Shown here: positions 30,402 to 40,864 of the stretch, one piece after another | Numbering within the stretch: position 1 is the first letter of the stretch | Layout of the letters: every line of letters starts with the position of its first letter | Source: an uncultured candidate division Zixibacteria bacterium | Lineage (GTDB): Bacteria > Zixibacteria > MSB-5A5 > GN15 > FEB-12 | Reading direction: 5' to 3' | Assembly: GCA_963735035.1 (NCBI GenBank) | Contig: CAVTJJ010000006.1 | Coordinates: 416,001 to 480,000 of the forward strand | DNA: 64,000 nt | Translations under genes and position numbers: made by a program | Notes under the pieces: model-generated | What the model saw: the letters and a program-made list of their open reading frames with translations, nothing else | Told to the model about the DNA's origin: nothing | The model's database searches: none

Positions 30402-30817
30402 GTGGGCGGCAGACGTCCTCATCTGCCCCTTGAAACGGGGAACACACGTGCCGGCCCGCCGTTTGGCCACGTGCCCGGCAGATGCCCACATCTGCCGGCT
30501 CGTATTGATACCGTGGCGATCTCAACTCCGTGGGCGGCAGACGTCCTCGTCTGCCCCTTGAAACGGGGAACACACGTGCCGGCCCGCCGTTTGGTCAAGT
30601 GCCCGGCAGATGCCCACATCTGCCGGCTCGTATTGATACCGTGGCGATCTCAACTCCGTGGGCGGCAGACGTCCTCGTCTGCCCCTTGAAACGGGGAACA
30701 CACGTGCCGGCCCGCCGTTTGGCCACGTGCCCGGCAGATGCCCACATCTGCCGACGCGCATTGATACCGTGGCGATCTCAACTCCGTGGGCGGCAGACCT
30801 CCTCGTCTGCCCCCTAT
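30402..30817. repeat. Tandem array of about 3.25 x 128-bp units, each with two REP-like hairpins (BIME-like)
   Basis: Units start at 30402, 30530, 30658, 30786; hairpins GGCAGACG-tcct-CGTCTGCC and GGCAGATG-ccca-CATCTGCC. Confidence 0.92.
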
Positions 30818-30936
30818 AACGGGTCACAAGGCAACAACCTGCTGTGCCGCTGGATTTTATGTTTACAGCCGCGAATATTCGCCGTATACTCGACCGACTG
30901 GCCGTGGTCAGAAATTGACGGTCAGGGATACAAAAA

Positions 30937-31995
30937 ATGACCAGAGAATTCAGTCGACATATAGCCGTCACCGGCGGCGCCGGTTTCATAGGCTCCAACC
31001 TCCTCTTGCACATGGTGCCCAAGTACCCGGACTACTTGTTTGTCAATGTCGACTGTCTGACCTACGCCGGAAATCTCTCCAGCCTGAAAGCAATTGAACA
31101 GGCTCCGAATTACGGCTTTGAACGGATCGACATCTGCAACTATGATGCCCTCAAAGAATGCGTGGCAAGAAATCAGATCGACGGGGTCATTCATCTTGCG
31201 GCCGAGTCGCATGTCGACCGTTCGATAGTCGGGCCGGCGGCGTTTATCAACAGCAATATCAACGGCACGTTCAATCTGCTGGAAATGGCCCGGCGACTTC
31301 ATCAGGACGGGAAGCCATTTCGCTTCCATCACGTTTCCACCGATGAAGTTTTCGGCTCACTTGGCTCTGAGGGTCATTTCACCGAGGAAAGCCCGTACCG
31401 TCCCAATTCGCCCTATTCGGCGTCGAAGGCGGCCGCGGATCATCTGGTGCGTGCTTATCACCACACGTATGGTCTGGAAACAGTTACGACCAACTGCTCC
31501 AACAATTATGGCCCGTATCAATTCCCTGAGAAGTTGATCCCGCTCATGATTCGGAATGCTACAACCGGGAAAGACCTGCCGGTCTACGGCGACGGCCGTC
31601 AGGTGCGCGACTGGCTCTACGTTCAGGATCACTGCGAGGCGCTCGATCTGGTCTTCCACAAGGGCAAGCCGGGGCAGACGTACAATATCGGCGGCCACAA
31701 TGAAATCGAGAATATCGAGTTGGTTCGCCGCCTGTGTGGAATTCTGGATGAATTGCTCGGTGGTCCGCCGCGCGAGAAGCTGATCAAGTACGTGAAGGAT
31801 CGCCCCGGGCATGACCGTCGGTACGCCATCGATCCGTCCTACATTAAGCGAGAACTCGGGTGGATGCCGCGGCATACGTTCGAGCAGGGACTGAAGGCTA
31901 CTATCAAATGGTATCTGGATAACACGGCCTGGCTCGACGGTTGTCTCAGCGGCGCTTATCTCAAATATTACGACATGATGTACTCCAATCGATAG
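30937..31995 (+). CDS. rfbB: dTDP-glucose 4,6-dehydratase
   Basis: [42 protein letters not shown]. Confidence 0.97.
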   Translation: MTREFSRHIAVTGGAGFIGSNLLLHMVPKYPDYLFVNVDCLTYAGNLSSLKAIEQAPNYGFERIDICNYDALKECVARNQIDGVIHLAAESHVDRSIVGPAAFINSNINGTFNLLEMARRLHQDGKPFRFHHVSTDEVFGSLGSEGHFTEESPYRPNSPYSASKAAADHLVRAYHHTYGLETVTTNCSNNYGPYQFPEKLIPLMIRNATTGKDLPVYGDGRQVRDWLYVQDHCEALDLVFHKGKPGQTYNIGGHNEIENIELVRRLCGILDELLGGPPREKLIKYVKDRPGHDRRYAIDPSYIKRELGWMPRHTFEQGLKATIKWYLDNTAWLDGCLSGAYLKYYDMMYSNR

Positions 31996-32008
31996 AGGAA
32001 CGAAGCCC

Positions 32009-32893
32009 ATGATGAAGAAGGGCATTATCCTGGCGGGAGGCAGCGGCACCCGACTTTATCCGGTCACTCAGGTGGCCTGCAAGCAGCTCCTGCCGATCTA
32101 CGACAAGCCCATGATTTTCTATCCGCTCTCGACGCTCATGCTTTTCGGGATCACGGATATCTTGATTATCTCCACACCGCACGACACGCCGCGATTCGAA
32201 GAACTTCTCGGTGACGGCTCCCGTCTGGGATTGAGATTGACTTATCAGGTGCAGCCGAAGCCTCAAGGAATTGCGCAGGCCTTCCTGGTGGGCGAGAAAT
32301 TCATCGCAGGAGACCCGGTGGCGCTGATCCTGGGCGATAACATCTTTTACGGTGTGTATGACTTCCTAAGAGAAGCCCGTCAATTCAAGGACGGCGCTCT
32401 GGTGTTCGGCTATTATGTGAAAGACCCTCAAAGATACGGCGTAGTGGAATTCGACAAAGACGGCAATGCCAAGTCGATCGAAGAAAAACCGGCCAAGCCG
32501 AAGTCACCTTATGCGGTGACCGGTCTGTACCTATACGATTCCGATGTCGTCTCGGTAGCTCGTAACCTGAAGCCATCGCCACGCGGCGAGCTTGAGATCA
32601 CCGATGTCAATCGGGTCTATCTTGAACGCGGCAAGCTGCAGGTGGCGAAACTTGGGCGGGGAATAGCCTGGCTCGACACCGGCACTCACGACAGTTTGCT
32701 GGAAGCCGGGAATTTTATCGCTACGATTGAAAAACGCCAGGGACAGAAGATCGCCTGTCTCGAAGAAATAGCATTTCGGATGGGGATGATCGACCGCAAT
32801 CGTTTTGCGGGTCTCATCGACGCGATGGCCGACAACAGCTATCGCGAGTACCTGACCGGAGTCCTGAAAGAAGCCGATGGCCGCACATGGTAA
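32009..32893 (+). CDS. rfbA: Glucose-1-phosphate thymidylyltransferase
   Basis: [39 protein letters not shown]. Confidence 0.97.
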   Translation: MMKKGIILAGGSGTRLYPVTQVACKQLLPIYDKPMIFYPLSTLMLFGITDILIISTPHDTPRFEELLGDGSRLGLRLTYQVQPKPQGIAQAFLVGEKFIAGDPVALILGDNIFYGVYDFLREARQFKDGALVFGYYVKDPQRYGVVEFDKDGNAKSIEEKPAKPKSPYAVTGLYLYDSDVVSVARNLKPSPRGELEITDVNRVYLERGKLQVAKLGRGIAWLDTGTHDSLLEAGNFIATIEKRQGQKIACLEEIAFRMGMIDRNRFAGLIDAMADNSYREYLTGVLKEADGRTW

Positions 32894-33775
32894 GATTCTC
32901 GTAACGGGGTGTCTGGGTCAGCTCGGCACCGATCTGATGGTAGGCCTTGCTCCGATGCATCAGATGACCGGCATTGATCTGCCTGAGGTCGATATACGAG
33001 ATCTCAAGCAGATCACTAAAGTGGTGAGACGGTCGCGGCCGGATATCGTGATTCACGCCGCTGCTTACACTGATGTGGATGGTTGCGAAGCTAACCACGA
33101 TATGGCGTTCGAGGTAAATCGCGATGGCACCTGGAACGTGGCCCACGCCTGCGCTGAAATAGGCGCCCGGATGCTCTACTATTCCACCGACTACGTTTTT
33201 GATGGCGCCAAGGGCTCGGCCTATGTTGAAACCGACACGACCGAATCCGAAGACAGTCTACGGCCGAAGCAAGCTGGAAGGCGAAGAGGCAGTGCAGCAT
33301 CTGGTGCACGACCATGCCATCTTGAGAATCGCCTGGGTCTACGGTCGGCACGGGAAGAATTTCGTCAGGACCATGATCCGTATGGGAAAGCTGCAGGCCC
33401 AGATGGAGCCCGCCAAGCGTAACTGTCCTGAAGGTCGTTGACGATCAAATCGGCAACCCGACCTGGACCGTCGATATTGTGCGCCAGACCGAGAAGATAC
33501 TCGAACACGATCTTATAGGCGTATACCACTCGACAAGTGAGGGAGAGACCTCCTGGTACAGTTTCGCCCGGGACATATTCGCAAATCTGGATATGAACGT
33601 TGATCTGCAGCCGTGCACGACTGCTGAATACCCGCGTCCTGCTCCTCGTCCGGCCCGCTCGGCTCTTGAGAACAAGCGACTTAAAGAGGCCGGGTGTAAT
33701 GTAATGAGAGAACAGCGCGAGGCGCTGAGGGAATTCTTGAAAATCCACGGCAGGGAGTTATTCGATGAAGTGTGA
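32877..33775 (+). CDS. rfbD: dTDP-4-dehydrorhamnose reductase (frameshifts at about 33237 and 33421)
   Basis: [46 protein letters not shown] across three frames. Confidence 0.9.
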
Positions 33776-34232
33776 CATAAAGGGCGTTGTCGTTCGCGAA
33801 CTGAAGAAATACACCGACCGGCGGGGCTGGCTGATGGAGTTGTTTCGTCATGACGAACTGGACAAAGAATTCTTCCCGGCCATGACCTACCTATCCATGA
33901 CTTCCCCCGGAGTTGCCAGAGGTCCGCACGAACATGTCGACCAGGCCGACTATTTCTGCTTCGTGGGCCCGTCGACGTTTCGGCTTTACCTGTGGGATAA
34001 TCGCGCTGATTCGCCTACCCACGGACTGAAAGCGACTTTCGATCTGGGCGAGAAAACACCCGCTTCGGTGATTGTCCCCAAGGGGGTAGTGCACGCCTAC
34101 AAGAACATCGGTGGAGTCGACGGTATCGTCTTTAATGCCCCCAATCGGCTGTACGCGGGCGAGGGCCGTCGAGACCCGGTTGACGAAATCCGTCACGAGG
34201 AAGATCCCGACTCACGGTTTGGTCTGGACTAG
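33765..34232 (+). CDS. rfbC: dTDP-4-dehydrorhamnose 3,5-epimerase family
   Basis: DRRGWLMELFR, PGVARGPHEH, DNRADSPT, VPKGVVHAY. Confidence 0.85.
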   Translation: MKCDIKGVVVRELKKYTDRRGWLMELFRHDELDKEFFPAMTYLSMTSPGVARGPHEHVDQADYFCFVGPSTFRLYLWDNRADSPTHGLKATFDLGEKTPASVIVPKGVVHAYKNIGGVDGIVFNAPNRLYAGEGRRDPVDEIRHEEDPDSRFGLD

Positions 34233-34336
34233 TCAAGGTGGGGCTTTCAGCTGCCGGTGCAATACCTTGCGTTGCAGCGCGTTACGTCTCGTCATTGTTG
34301 GTTTCCGGGATGTGGCACAAATCCGAGCCATTTTAG

Positions 34337-34365
34337 TTGGACATCTCGGCCAACCGCCTTATAGT
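34337..34365 (+). promoter_or_regulatory. Candidate promoter of the pse genes
   Basis: TTGGAC-N17-TATAGT upstream of SD AGAGGA. Confidence 0.45.
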
Positions 34366-34388
34366 ACAGTCCAATTAGAGGACAAGAA

Positions 34389-35477
34389 ATGTTAAGTGGC
34401 AAGTCAGTATTGATTACAGGCGGGACCGGCTCCTTCGGCAAGAAGATGGTCGAAATCCTGCTGGATAAGTACCCCGACGTTCGGCGGATAATCGTCTATT
34501 CCCGTGACGAATTGAAACAGTTCGAGATGGAGCAGGTCTTCTCGCTCGAGAAGTATCCTCAGATGAGGTATTTCATCGGCGACGTTCGCGACCGGGACCG
34601 ACTTCGTCGTGCCATGCAGGGTGTAGACCTGGTGGTGCACGCGGCCGCCCTCAAACAAGTGCCGGCGGCCGAGTACAATCCTTTTGAGGCGATCAAGACC
34701 AACGTTCTGGGCGCGCAAAACGTCATTGAGACGGCGCTCGATCAGGGGATAAGTAAGGTCGTAGCTCTCAGCACCGACAAAGCCGCGGCGCCCATCAATC
34801 TTTACGGAGCTACCAAGCTTTGCTCGGACAAACTATTCGTATCGGCCAACAACTTCAAGGGCGGCGCCGACATTAAGTTTTCGGTGGTACGATACGGCAA
34901 CGTCATGGGCAGCCGGGGAAGCGTTATCCCGTTCTTTCTCAGACAGCGGGACAAGGGCGTCATTCCGATCACCGACACCCGCATGACCCGATTCAACATC
35001 ACGCTGGAAGAAGGTGTCAGCCTGGTGATGTTTGCTCTTACCCACATGTGGGGGGGCGAAATCTTCGTGCCCCGGATTCCCAGTTATCGGATTCTGGATG
35101 TAGTCGAGGCTGTCGCTCCCGGATGTCGTCGGGAAATAGTCGGCATTCGCCCCGGAGAGAAGCTCCACGAAGAGATGATTACGGAGACCGACGCGCTTAA
35201 CAGTCTCGAATTCAAGAAGCATTTCGTGATTCTTCCGTCGATGCAGTTGTGGGATGTCAATCGTTACTCCGAGTCATTTGAGGGCAAGCGGTGTGACCCG
35301 GGTTTCAGATACTCAAGTGGTGACAACAAAGAGTGGCTGACCGTCGAAGACCTGCGCCGTCTGATACGCGAACACGTTGACAAGAATTTCAGTGTTTCCG
35401 GCGAAGTACCGGCCCGTATTGCATCGAGAAGTCGTTCGGTACGGAAATCGTCCAAGGAAGTAGCCGAGGGCAGTTAG
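34389..35477 (+). CDS. pseB: UDP-GlcNAc 4,6-dehydratase (inverting)
   Basis: TGGTGSFG, SRDELKQ, HAAALKQVPAAEYNP, STDKA, VRYGNV.GSRGSV. Confidence 0.95.
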   Translation: MLSGKSVLITGGTGSFGKKMVEILLDKYPDVRRIIVYSRDELKQFEMEQVFSLEKYPQMRYFIGDVRDRDRLRRAMQGVDLVVHAAALKQVPAAEYNPFEAIKTNVLGAQNVIETALDQGISKVVALSTDKAAAPINLYGATKLCSDKLFVSANNFKGGADIKFSVVRYGNVMGSRGSVIPFFLRQRDKGVIPITDTRMTRFNITLEEGVSLVMFALTHMWGGEIFVPRIPSYRILDVVEAVAPGCRREIVGIRPGEKLHEEMITETDALNSLEFKKHFVILPSMQLWDVNRYSESFEGKRCDPGFRYSSGDNKEWLTVEDLRRLIREHVDKNFSVSGEVPARIASRSRSVRKSSKEVAEGS

Positions 35478-35538
35478 GCTTTACTCTCTGCTCCGGCCGG
35501 GTCGCCGACCACAAAACGGATATTGCGGAATTGCACTC

Positions 35539-36774
35539 ATGGGAAAAGCATCAAGTAAACCATTCCTGCCTTATGCCAGGCAACATATCACCCAGGAAGA
35601 TATTGACGCCGTAACCGAAGTACTTCGGTCCGACTGGCTGACCCAGGGACCGACTATCAACCGGTTCGAAGAGGCGCTGGCCCAAGTGGCCGGGGCGAAA
35701 CATGTCGTGGCCTGTGCGACCGGGACTGCTGCATTACACCTCAGTATGCTGGCGCTCGGCCTGGGCCCTGGTGATTGCGTCATTACATCGCCAAACACGT
35801 TTCTGGCCGACGCCAACTGCGCGCGATATGTTGGTGCCGACGTTGCGTTTGCCGATATCGACCCGGAAACCGGGAATATGCGGATCGAAGCACTGGAACA
35901 ACGGCTGAAGGGGATGACCCGCTACCGACAGAAAGTTGTTATTCCCGTTCATTTCGGCGGGCAACCGGTCGACCTACCGGCCGTTCACGAACTGGCTTCT
36001 CGGTACGGAGCAGTAGTGGTTGACGATGCGTGTCACGCCCTGGGAGCGTCTTATCACGCCGGCGGAAAGGAATTTCAGATAGGCGGCGGGGCACATTCGG
36101 CCATGACCGTTTTTTCTTTTCACCCGGTGAAGCACGTGGCCACCGGCGAGGGGGGAGCAGTCTCAACGTCCGATGATCGGCTTGCAGAGCGACTACGCAG
36201 ATATAGAACTCATGGTATGTCCAAGACCGATTTTGTTTGCCCTGAACTGGCGCTGGCTCCCGATGGGCAAGTCAACCCCTGGTATTACGAGATGACGGAA
36301 GTCGGTTTCAATTACCGTCTGACCGATATTCAGGCCGCACTCGGACTCAGCCAGATAGGGAGACTGTCCGAATCGCTCAAGCGACGGAATGAGATCGCCT
36401 CATGGTATCATGAGTTGATACCTAAGAATTTCCCGCCTCGCCGGGTCAGACCGCTGAAGACCAGCGAGCAGGTGAACCACGCTTATCACCTTTTTGTCGT
36501 ACTCATAGACTTCGAATCTTATGGTCTGCCTCGGGCCACGGTGATGAATCGTCTCCGTGAGGCCGGGATTGGCACCCAGGTGCATTATATCCCGGTTTCG
36601 CTCCAGCCATACTATCGACAGACGTCCGGCACTGGCCCCGGGCAGTTTCCCGGAGCCGAGAAGTACTATGCTCAGGCGCTGAGTATCCCTATGTATCCCC
36701 AGCTCACCCGGTCTGATTGCGAGCGAGTTGTCGCCGAATTGAGACAAGCGCTGGGTGAAGGCACTGTGGTCTGA
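35539..36774 (+). CDS. pseC: PLP-dependent sugar aminotransferase
   Basis: PYARQ, WLTQGP, DACHALG, FSFHPVK, GFNYRLTDIQAALG. Confidence 0.93.
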   Translation: MGKASSKPFLPYARQHITQEDIDAVTEVLRSDWLTQGPTINRFEEALAQVAGAKHVVACATGTAALHLSMLALGLGPGDCVITSPNTFLADANCARYVGADVAFADIDPETGNMRIEALEQRLKGMTRYRQKVVIPVHFGGQPVDLPAVHELASRYGAVVVDDACHALGASYHAGGKEFQIGGGAHSAMTVFSFHPVKHVATGEGGAVSTSDDRLAERLRRYRTHGMSKTDFVCPELALAPDGQVNPWYYEMTEVGFNYRLTDIQAALGLSQIGRLSESLKRRNEIASWYHELIPKNFPPRRVRPLKTSEQVNHAYHLFVVLIDFESYGLPRATVMNRLREAGIGTQVHYIPVSLQPYYRQTSGTGPGQFPGAEKYYAQALSIPMYPQLTRSDCERVVAELRQALGEGTVV

Positions 36775-36824
36775 GGGCTGTTGGTGATGACAGTCCATGG
36801 GATAAGGTCCCGGTATAGTTTCGC

Positions 36825-37943
36825 ATGAAACTGGCCATTCGCGTCGACTCATCATACCTGATTGGCAGCGGTCATCTGATGCGCTGCTTGACTCTGGCGG
36901 AGCATTTAAGGGATAACGGCTGGGAAGTAGGCTTTGTCTGCCGCGAACTTCAGGGAAATCTGACAGAACTGCTTCGAGAGCGCAGGTTCCGTGTCTCACT
37001 CTTACCTCCACCTCTTGGGACCAAAGAGCCGTCATTTGCTTCCGGTACTCAGTACGAGGGCTGGCTGGGTGTCCCGTTGGAGAGGGACGCTGAGCAGACA
37101 GCACGAGCTATAGAGTCCCTGGGTACAAAGTGTGACTGGCTGCTTGTGGATCACTACGCTTTGGATAGTCGCTGGGAGTCGGTTCTGGCTCTGTCTGTTT
37201 CGTCGATATTCGTAATCGATGATCTGGCCAATCGCCCGCACAGTTGCCGAGTGCTTCTCGACCATAACCTGAGTTCGCAAGGTGAAGCCCGCTATTTTAA
37301 CCTTGTCCCGGCACACTGTCGTTTGCTATGTGGTCCGGCTTACGCGCTTCTTCGTCCCGAATTCGAGCAAGCTGCTTCCTGTTTGAGGGAGCGCGATGGT
37401 TCGGTGCGCCGAATTCTGGTCTTCTTTGGCGGCGTTGATGCCACCGGCGAAACGTTTAAAGTGTGTGAAGCTATCGTGTCCGGTGGCTATAGTCGGATCG
37501 AAGTAGATGTAGTGGTCGGAATGGCGAACACCCGGCGCGATGAGATAAAGAGAGTGTGCGAAAGGCATCCGTTGCTTCGTTTCCACGGTCAAGTGAGCAA
37601 TATGGCAGAACTGATGGCAGCGGCCGATTTGGCGATTGGAGCCGGAGGAACAACGTCGTGGGAGCGGGCCTTTCTAGGGCTTCCGACCATTATTGTTCCA
37701 GTGGCGGAAAATCAAATTCCCGGTTCTGAAGCACTGGCTCAGTCCGGAGCAGCCTGGAATCTGGGGGCCTGTTCTACCGTAACAAAAGACGATATTCGCG
37801 TGGCGATACAGCGAGCCATGGAAAATCCTTCGGTCCTGAGAGAGATGGGACAGACTGCCCGAAGGCTATTCGGAAATCACCCGATTCCGGGTGTAAGACT
37901 GGTGGCGGACGCTATGCGCGAGGTGATCGATGCTGAGTCGTGA
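36825..37943 (+). CDS. pseG: UDP-sugar hydrolase
   Basis: IGSGHLMRCLTLA, VDHY, IDDLANR, FFGGVD, GAGGTTSWER, AENQ. Confidence 0.93.
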   Translation: MKLAIRVDSSYLIGSGHLMRCLTLAEHLRDNGWEVGFVCRELQGNLTELLRERRFRVSLLPPPLGTKEPSFASGTQYEGWLGVPLERDAEQTARAIESLGTKCDWLLVDHYALDSRWESVLALSVSSIFVIDDLANRPHSCRVLLDHNLSSQGEARYFNLVPAHCRLLCGPAYALLRPEFEQAASCLRERDGSVRRILVFFGGVDATGETFKVCEAIVSGGYSRIEVDVVVGMANTRRDEIKRVCERHPLLRFHGQVSNMAELMAAADLAIGAGGTTSWERAFLGLPTIIVPVAENQIPGSEALAQSGAAWNLGACSTVTKDDIRVAIQRAMENPSVLREMGQTARRLFGNHPIPGVRLVADAMREVIDAES

Positions 37944-38484
37944 AGCCTGCCGTCTACGCCCCATAGCGAAATCAGATCTCGATATGGTTCTGCAATGGCG
38001 GAATCGCGAGGATATCCGACGGGCCATGTATTCTGATCATGTGATTACTCGCGAAGAACATTACACCTGGTTTGACCGTGTTACCGTGGAACGGAAGACG
38101 CAACACTTCATTTTCGAATACGATGCCGTGCCGATGGGCGTCATAAACGTCGTCGATATCCATCCGACAGCGAATCGGTGCACGTGGGGATTCTATGTGG
38201 GGGTGGAGGAATCGGCAAGAGGTACCGGCTCGGCCATGGGTTTCGTGGCGCTCGAATATATGTTTGAAGTTCTTCACTTTCGCAAAGTAATTGGCGAAGT
38301 ACTGGCCGACAACGAAGCTTCCCTCAAGTATCATAAGCGTCTCGGATTTGTGGAGGAGGGTCGTCTGGTGGAACATGTGCTTAAAGGCGATCGCTATGTA
38401 GATGTTATATCTTTCGCAATATTCGACCGCGATTGGCTCCGGATCAAGGATCAACTGGCTGCCCGCTTCTTTGGAGTCGCATGA
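37930..38484 (+). CDS. pseH: GNAT N-acetyltransferase
   Basis: WRN...R..M, EEH..W, WGFY, EVL..N..S..YH.RLGF; position in the pse cluster. Confidence 0.9.
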   Translation: MLSREACRLRPIAKSDLDMVLQWRNREDIRRAMYSDHVITREEHYTWFDRVTVERKTQHFIFEYDAVPMGVINVVDIHPTANRCTWGFYVGVEESARGTGSAMGFVALEYMFEVLHFRKVIGEVLADNEASLKYHKRLGFVEEGRLVEHVLKGDRYVDVISFAIFDRDWLRIKDQLAARFFGVA

Positions 38485-39539
38485 GCGCACACGAAGTACT
38501 GATTGCTGGGAGAAAGATCGGTCCAGGCCATGAACCGTTTATCATTGCCGAAATGTCCGGCAACCACAACCAATCGCTGGAACGCGCCCTGGCTATAGTA
38601 GATGCGGCCGCCGACGCCGGTGTGCATGCTGTCAAGATACAGACTTATACCGCGGATACCATGACGCTCGACTTGAATGAGGGTGAATTTCGTATCGACG
38701 ATCCCCATTCGCTGTGGGCAGGGCGGTCTCTGTACGATTTGTATCGTGAGGCCCACACCCCATGGGATTGGCATAGGGCAATATTCGAGCGCTGCCGGCA
38801 GAGAGGAATTGTCGGTTTCAGCACTCCTTTCGACGAGACCGCGGTCGAGTTTCTCGAGTCTCTGAACACACCTGTCTACAAGATCGCCTCGTTCGAGAAT
38901 ACCGACCTGCCCCTTATTCGCAAGGCCGCTGCCACCGGCAAGCCTTTGATCATCTCAACCGGGATGGCAACTGAAGAAGAACTCACGGAGTGTGTAGACG
39001 CGGCCAGAAGCGCCGGCTGCAAAGATCTGATTCTACTAAAGTGCGTGAGCGCCTACCCGGCGTCGCCTGAATCCATGAATCTTCACACCATTCCGTATCT
39101 GAAGGAGTTGTTTGACGTTGAAGTAGGACTGTCGGACCACACTCTCGGATTAGCCGTGCCGCTGGCGGCGGTGGCGCTGGGAGCGACCGTAATCGAAAAG
39201 CACTTTACCACGGCCAGAGCCGACGGCGGAGTTGATTCGGTCTTCTCGCTGGAACCGACTGAACTGAAGGAGCTGGTGCGGGAATCGAAACGGGCCTGGC
39301 AGGCGCTTGGTCAGGTTTCATTGGGTGTAACCGACGAGGACCGCAAGTCGCAGCAGTTCCGTCGTTCACTGTACATCTCCGAGGCGATGAAGAAAGGCGA
39401 CTTACTTTCCAGGAAGAATCTGCGTATTATCAGACCCGGGTACGGGTTGCCACCCAAATTCTTCGAACAAGTGTTGGGACGGACAGTGCGGTGTGATGTC
39501 GCCAAAGGAACACCGATGAGTTGGGATCTGCTCGAATAA
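38481..39539 (+). CDS. pseI: Pseudaminic acid synthase
   Basis: IAEMSGNHNQSLERA, QTYTADTMT, KIASFE, GLSDHT, EKHFT, SAF C-terminus. Confidence 0.95.
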   Translation: MSAHEVLIAGRKIGPGHEPFIIAEMSGNHNQSLERALAIVDAAADAGVHAVKIQTYTADTMTLDLNEGEFRIDDPHSLWAGRSLYDLYREAHTPWDWHRAIFERCRQRGIVGFSTPFDETAVEFLESLNTPVYKIASFENTDLPLIRKAAATGKPLIISTGMATEEELTECVDAARSAGCKDLILLKCVSAYPASPESMNLHTIPYLKELFDVEVGLSDHTLGLAVPLAAVALGATVIEKHFTTARADGGVDSVFSLEPTELKELVRESKRAWQALGQVSLGVTDEDRKSQQFRRSLYISEAMKKGDLLSRKNLRIIRPGYGLPPKFFEQVLGRTVRCDVAKGTPMSWDLLE

Positions 39540-39576
39540 GATCGAAGGACGGCTGTTAGTTGAGAACCAGGAATCC

Positions 39577-40864
39577 ATGGACGGATTGAAGAAAACGGTT
39601 AAACGCATACTCAGGAGTCTGCTCCCCGGGGGTATGCTGCGTCTGACTATACGGTGGCACGCTGCCCGATATGTGAGGCGGCTAGACGTGCCGCTCGATC
39701 CTTCACGGAAGACCGTCCTGATATTGAACCACTTCTATGATCAAGACGTGCGAGCTCTGGGGTTGGCGAACCGGCAGTTCAACCTGGTAGTGATCGACAC
39801 GGTCACATTGTTCCGAGGGGCCAAGATCTTCTTCAATAAGGATATCCAGGGACTACATGCGCCCTATGCCACGGCCGATCCGGCACTTGTTAAGCTGTAT
39901 CGAGAGGAATGTCGCCACATATTCGAGTTGCTCGATCGCAAGTTCAAAGCAGGCTTGATCGTCAGCGCTTCGGATGTCTTCTACTGGGTCAGGGAGTTCA
40001 TTACGGTGGCCCGAGAGAAGGGCGTTAGAACCGTGATTCTCGACAAAGAAGGAACGCTCTCGCCGCATGACTTCTTTACCGAGGCCGAACGGATCAAGAC
40101 CAACGCGCCGTTTATGTCCGACCACATCTTTGTCTGGAGTGAGCGGCAGAGAGAATTCTGGAAGCGAGTCGGTGTTGTGGATGACGCCATCACTGTCGTA
40201 GGGCAGGCTCGCTCCGATCTGTTGCATCGGGAGAAACGTACATGATCTGGATGCGTTGTTTCCGAAGGTGCAGCCCATAGTGACATTGTTCTCCTATATG
40301 GATGATGCCTATGTGCCCGTCGAGTTGATCCATAGTGAGCATCTCACCTGGCGGCAGATGAAGACCGAAACACACGACGAAATAGCCCGGCTGGCGCACG
40401 AGCATCCCGAGTTCAATTTCGTGATCAAGACTCATCCGCAGCAGCTCGATCTGAAGATACTCCAACAGAAGTACTCGGCGCCGAACGTTCGTGTGGTTGG
40501 AGGGGCTGCTCTCGCCAACGAACTCCTGCAGCGCTCGGAGTTGATTGTCGCCTTCCAGACAACGGCGGTCATCGAGGCGATGTTCCTGAACAAACGAATC
40601 ATCTATACTTATTGGGATCCGTTGGTCAGTCGGCTGGAGAGTGACCTCTTGCCGTTTCAACGTGCTTCGGGGGTTGTGGTGGCACAAACGTTCAAAGCCT
40701 TTTGCGACACATGCGAGCAGTTCTTTAGCGGCGACATGACCGTGTTCGAATATGACTCGGAGACTCTCCGGCAGCGCGATGATTTCGTCAACGAGTACCT
40801 GTACCGGCCCGACGGACAGGTATGTGCTAGGTTTCTGGATAGCATAGTGCGATTTGTGAAATGA
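39577..40864 (+). CDS. Putative GT-B fold (nonulosonic acid) glycosyltransferase, frameshift at about 40240
   Basis: VGQARSD, VIKTHPQ, TTAVIEAMFLNK (HP and S/T-T...EA motifs); removing one base joins EKRHDLDALFPK. Confidence 0.6.

Noticed and set aside
30402..30817. CRISPR array
   Set aside because: Units are near-identical over all 128 bp, so there are no unique spacers, and no cas genes are in the window.
30093..31097. Short ORFs across the tandem repeat
   Set aside because: Translations of the repeat with no coding signals.
34312..34328. Sigma54 promoter before pseB (TGGCAC)
   Set aside because: No GC at -12; TGGCAC at 21683 and 15379 fail the same test.
40243..40245. TGA read-through (selenocysteine or recoding) joining ORFs 39577 and 40256
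   Set aside because: The downstream ORF is in a different frame; a +1 indel explains the split. The same applies to the TGA in ddl.
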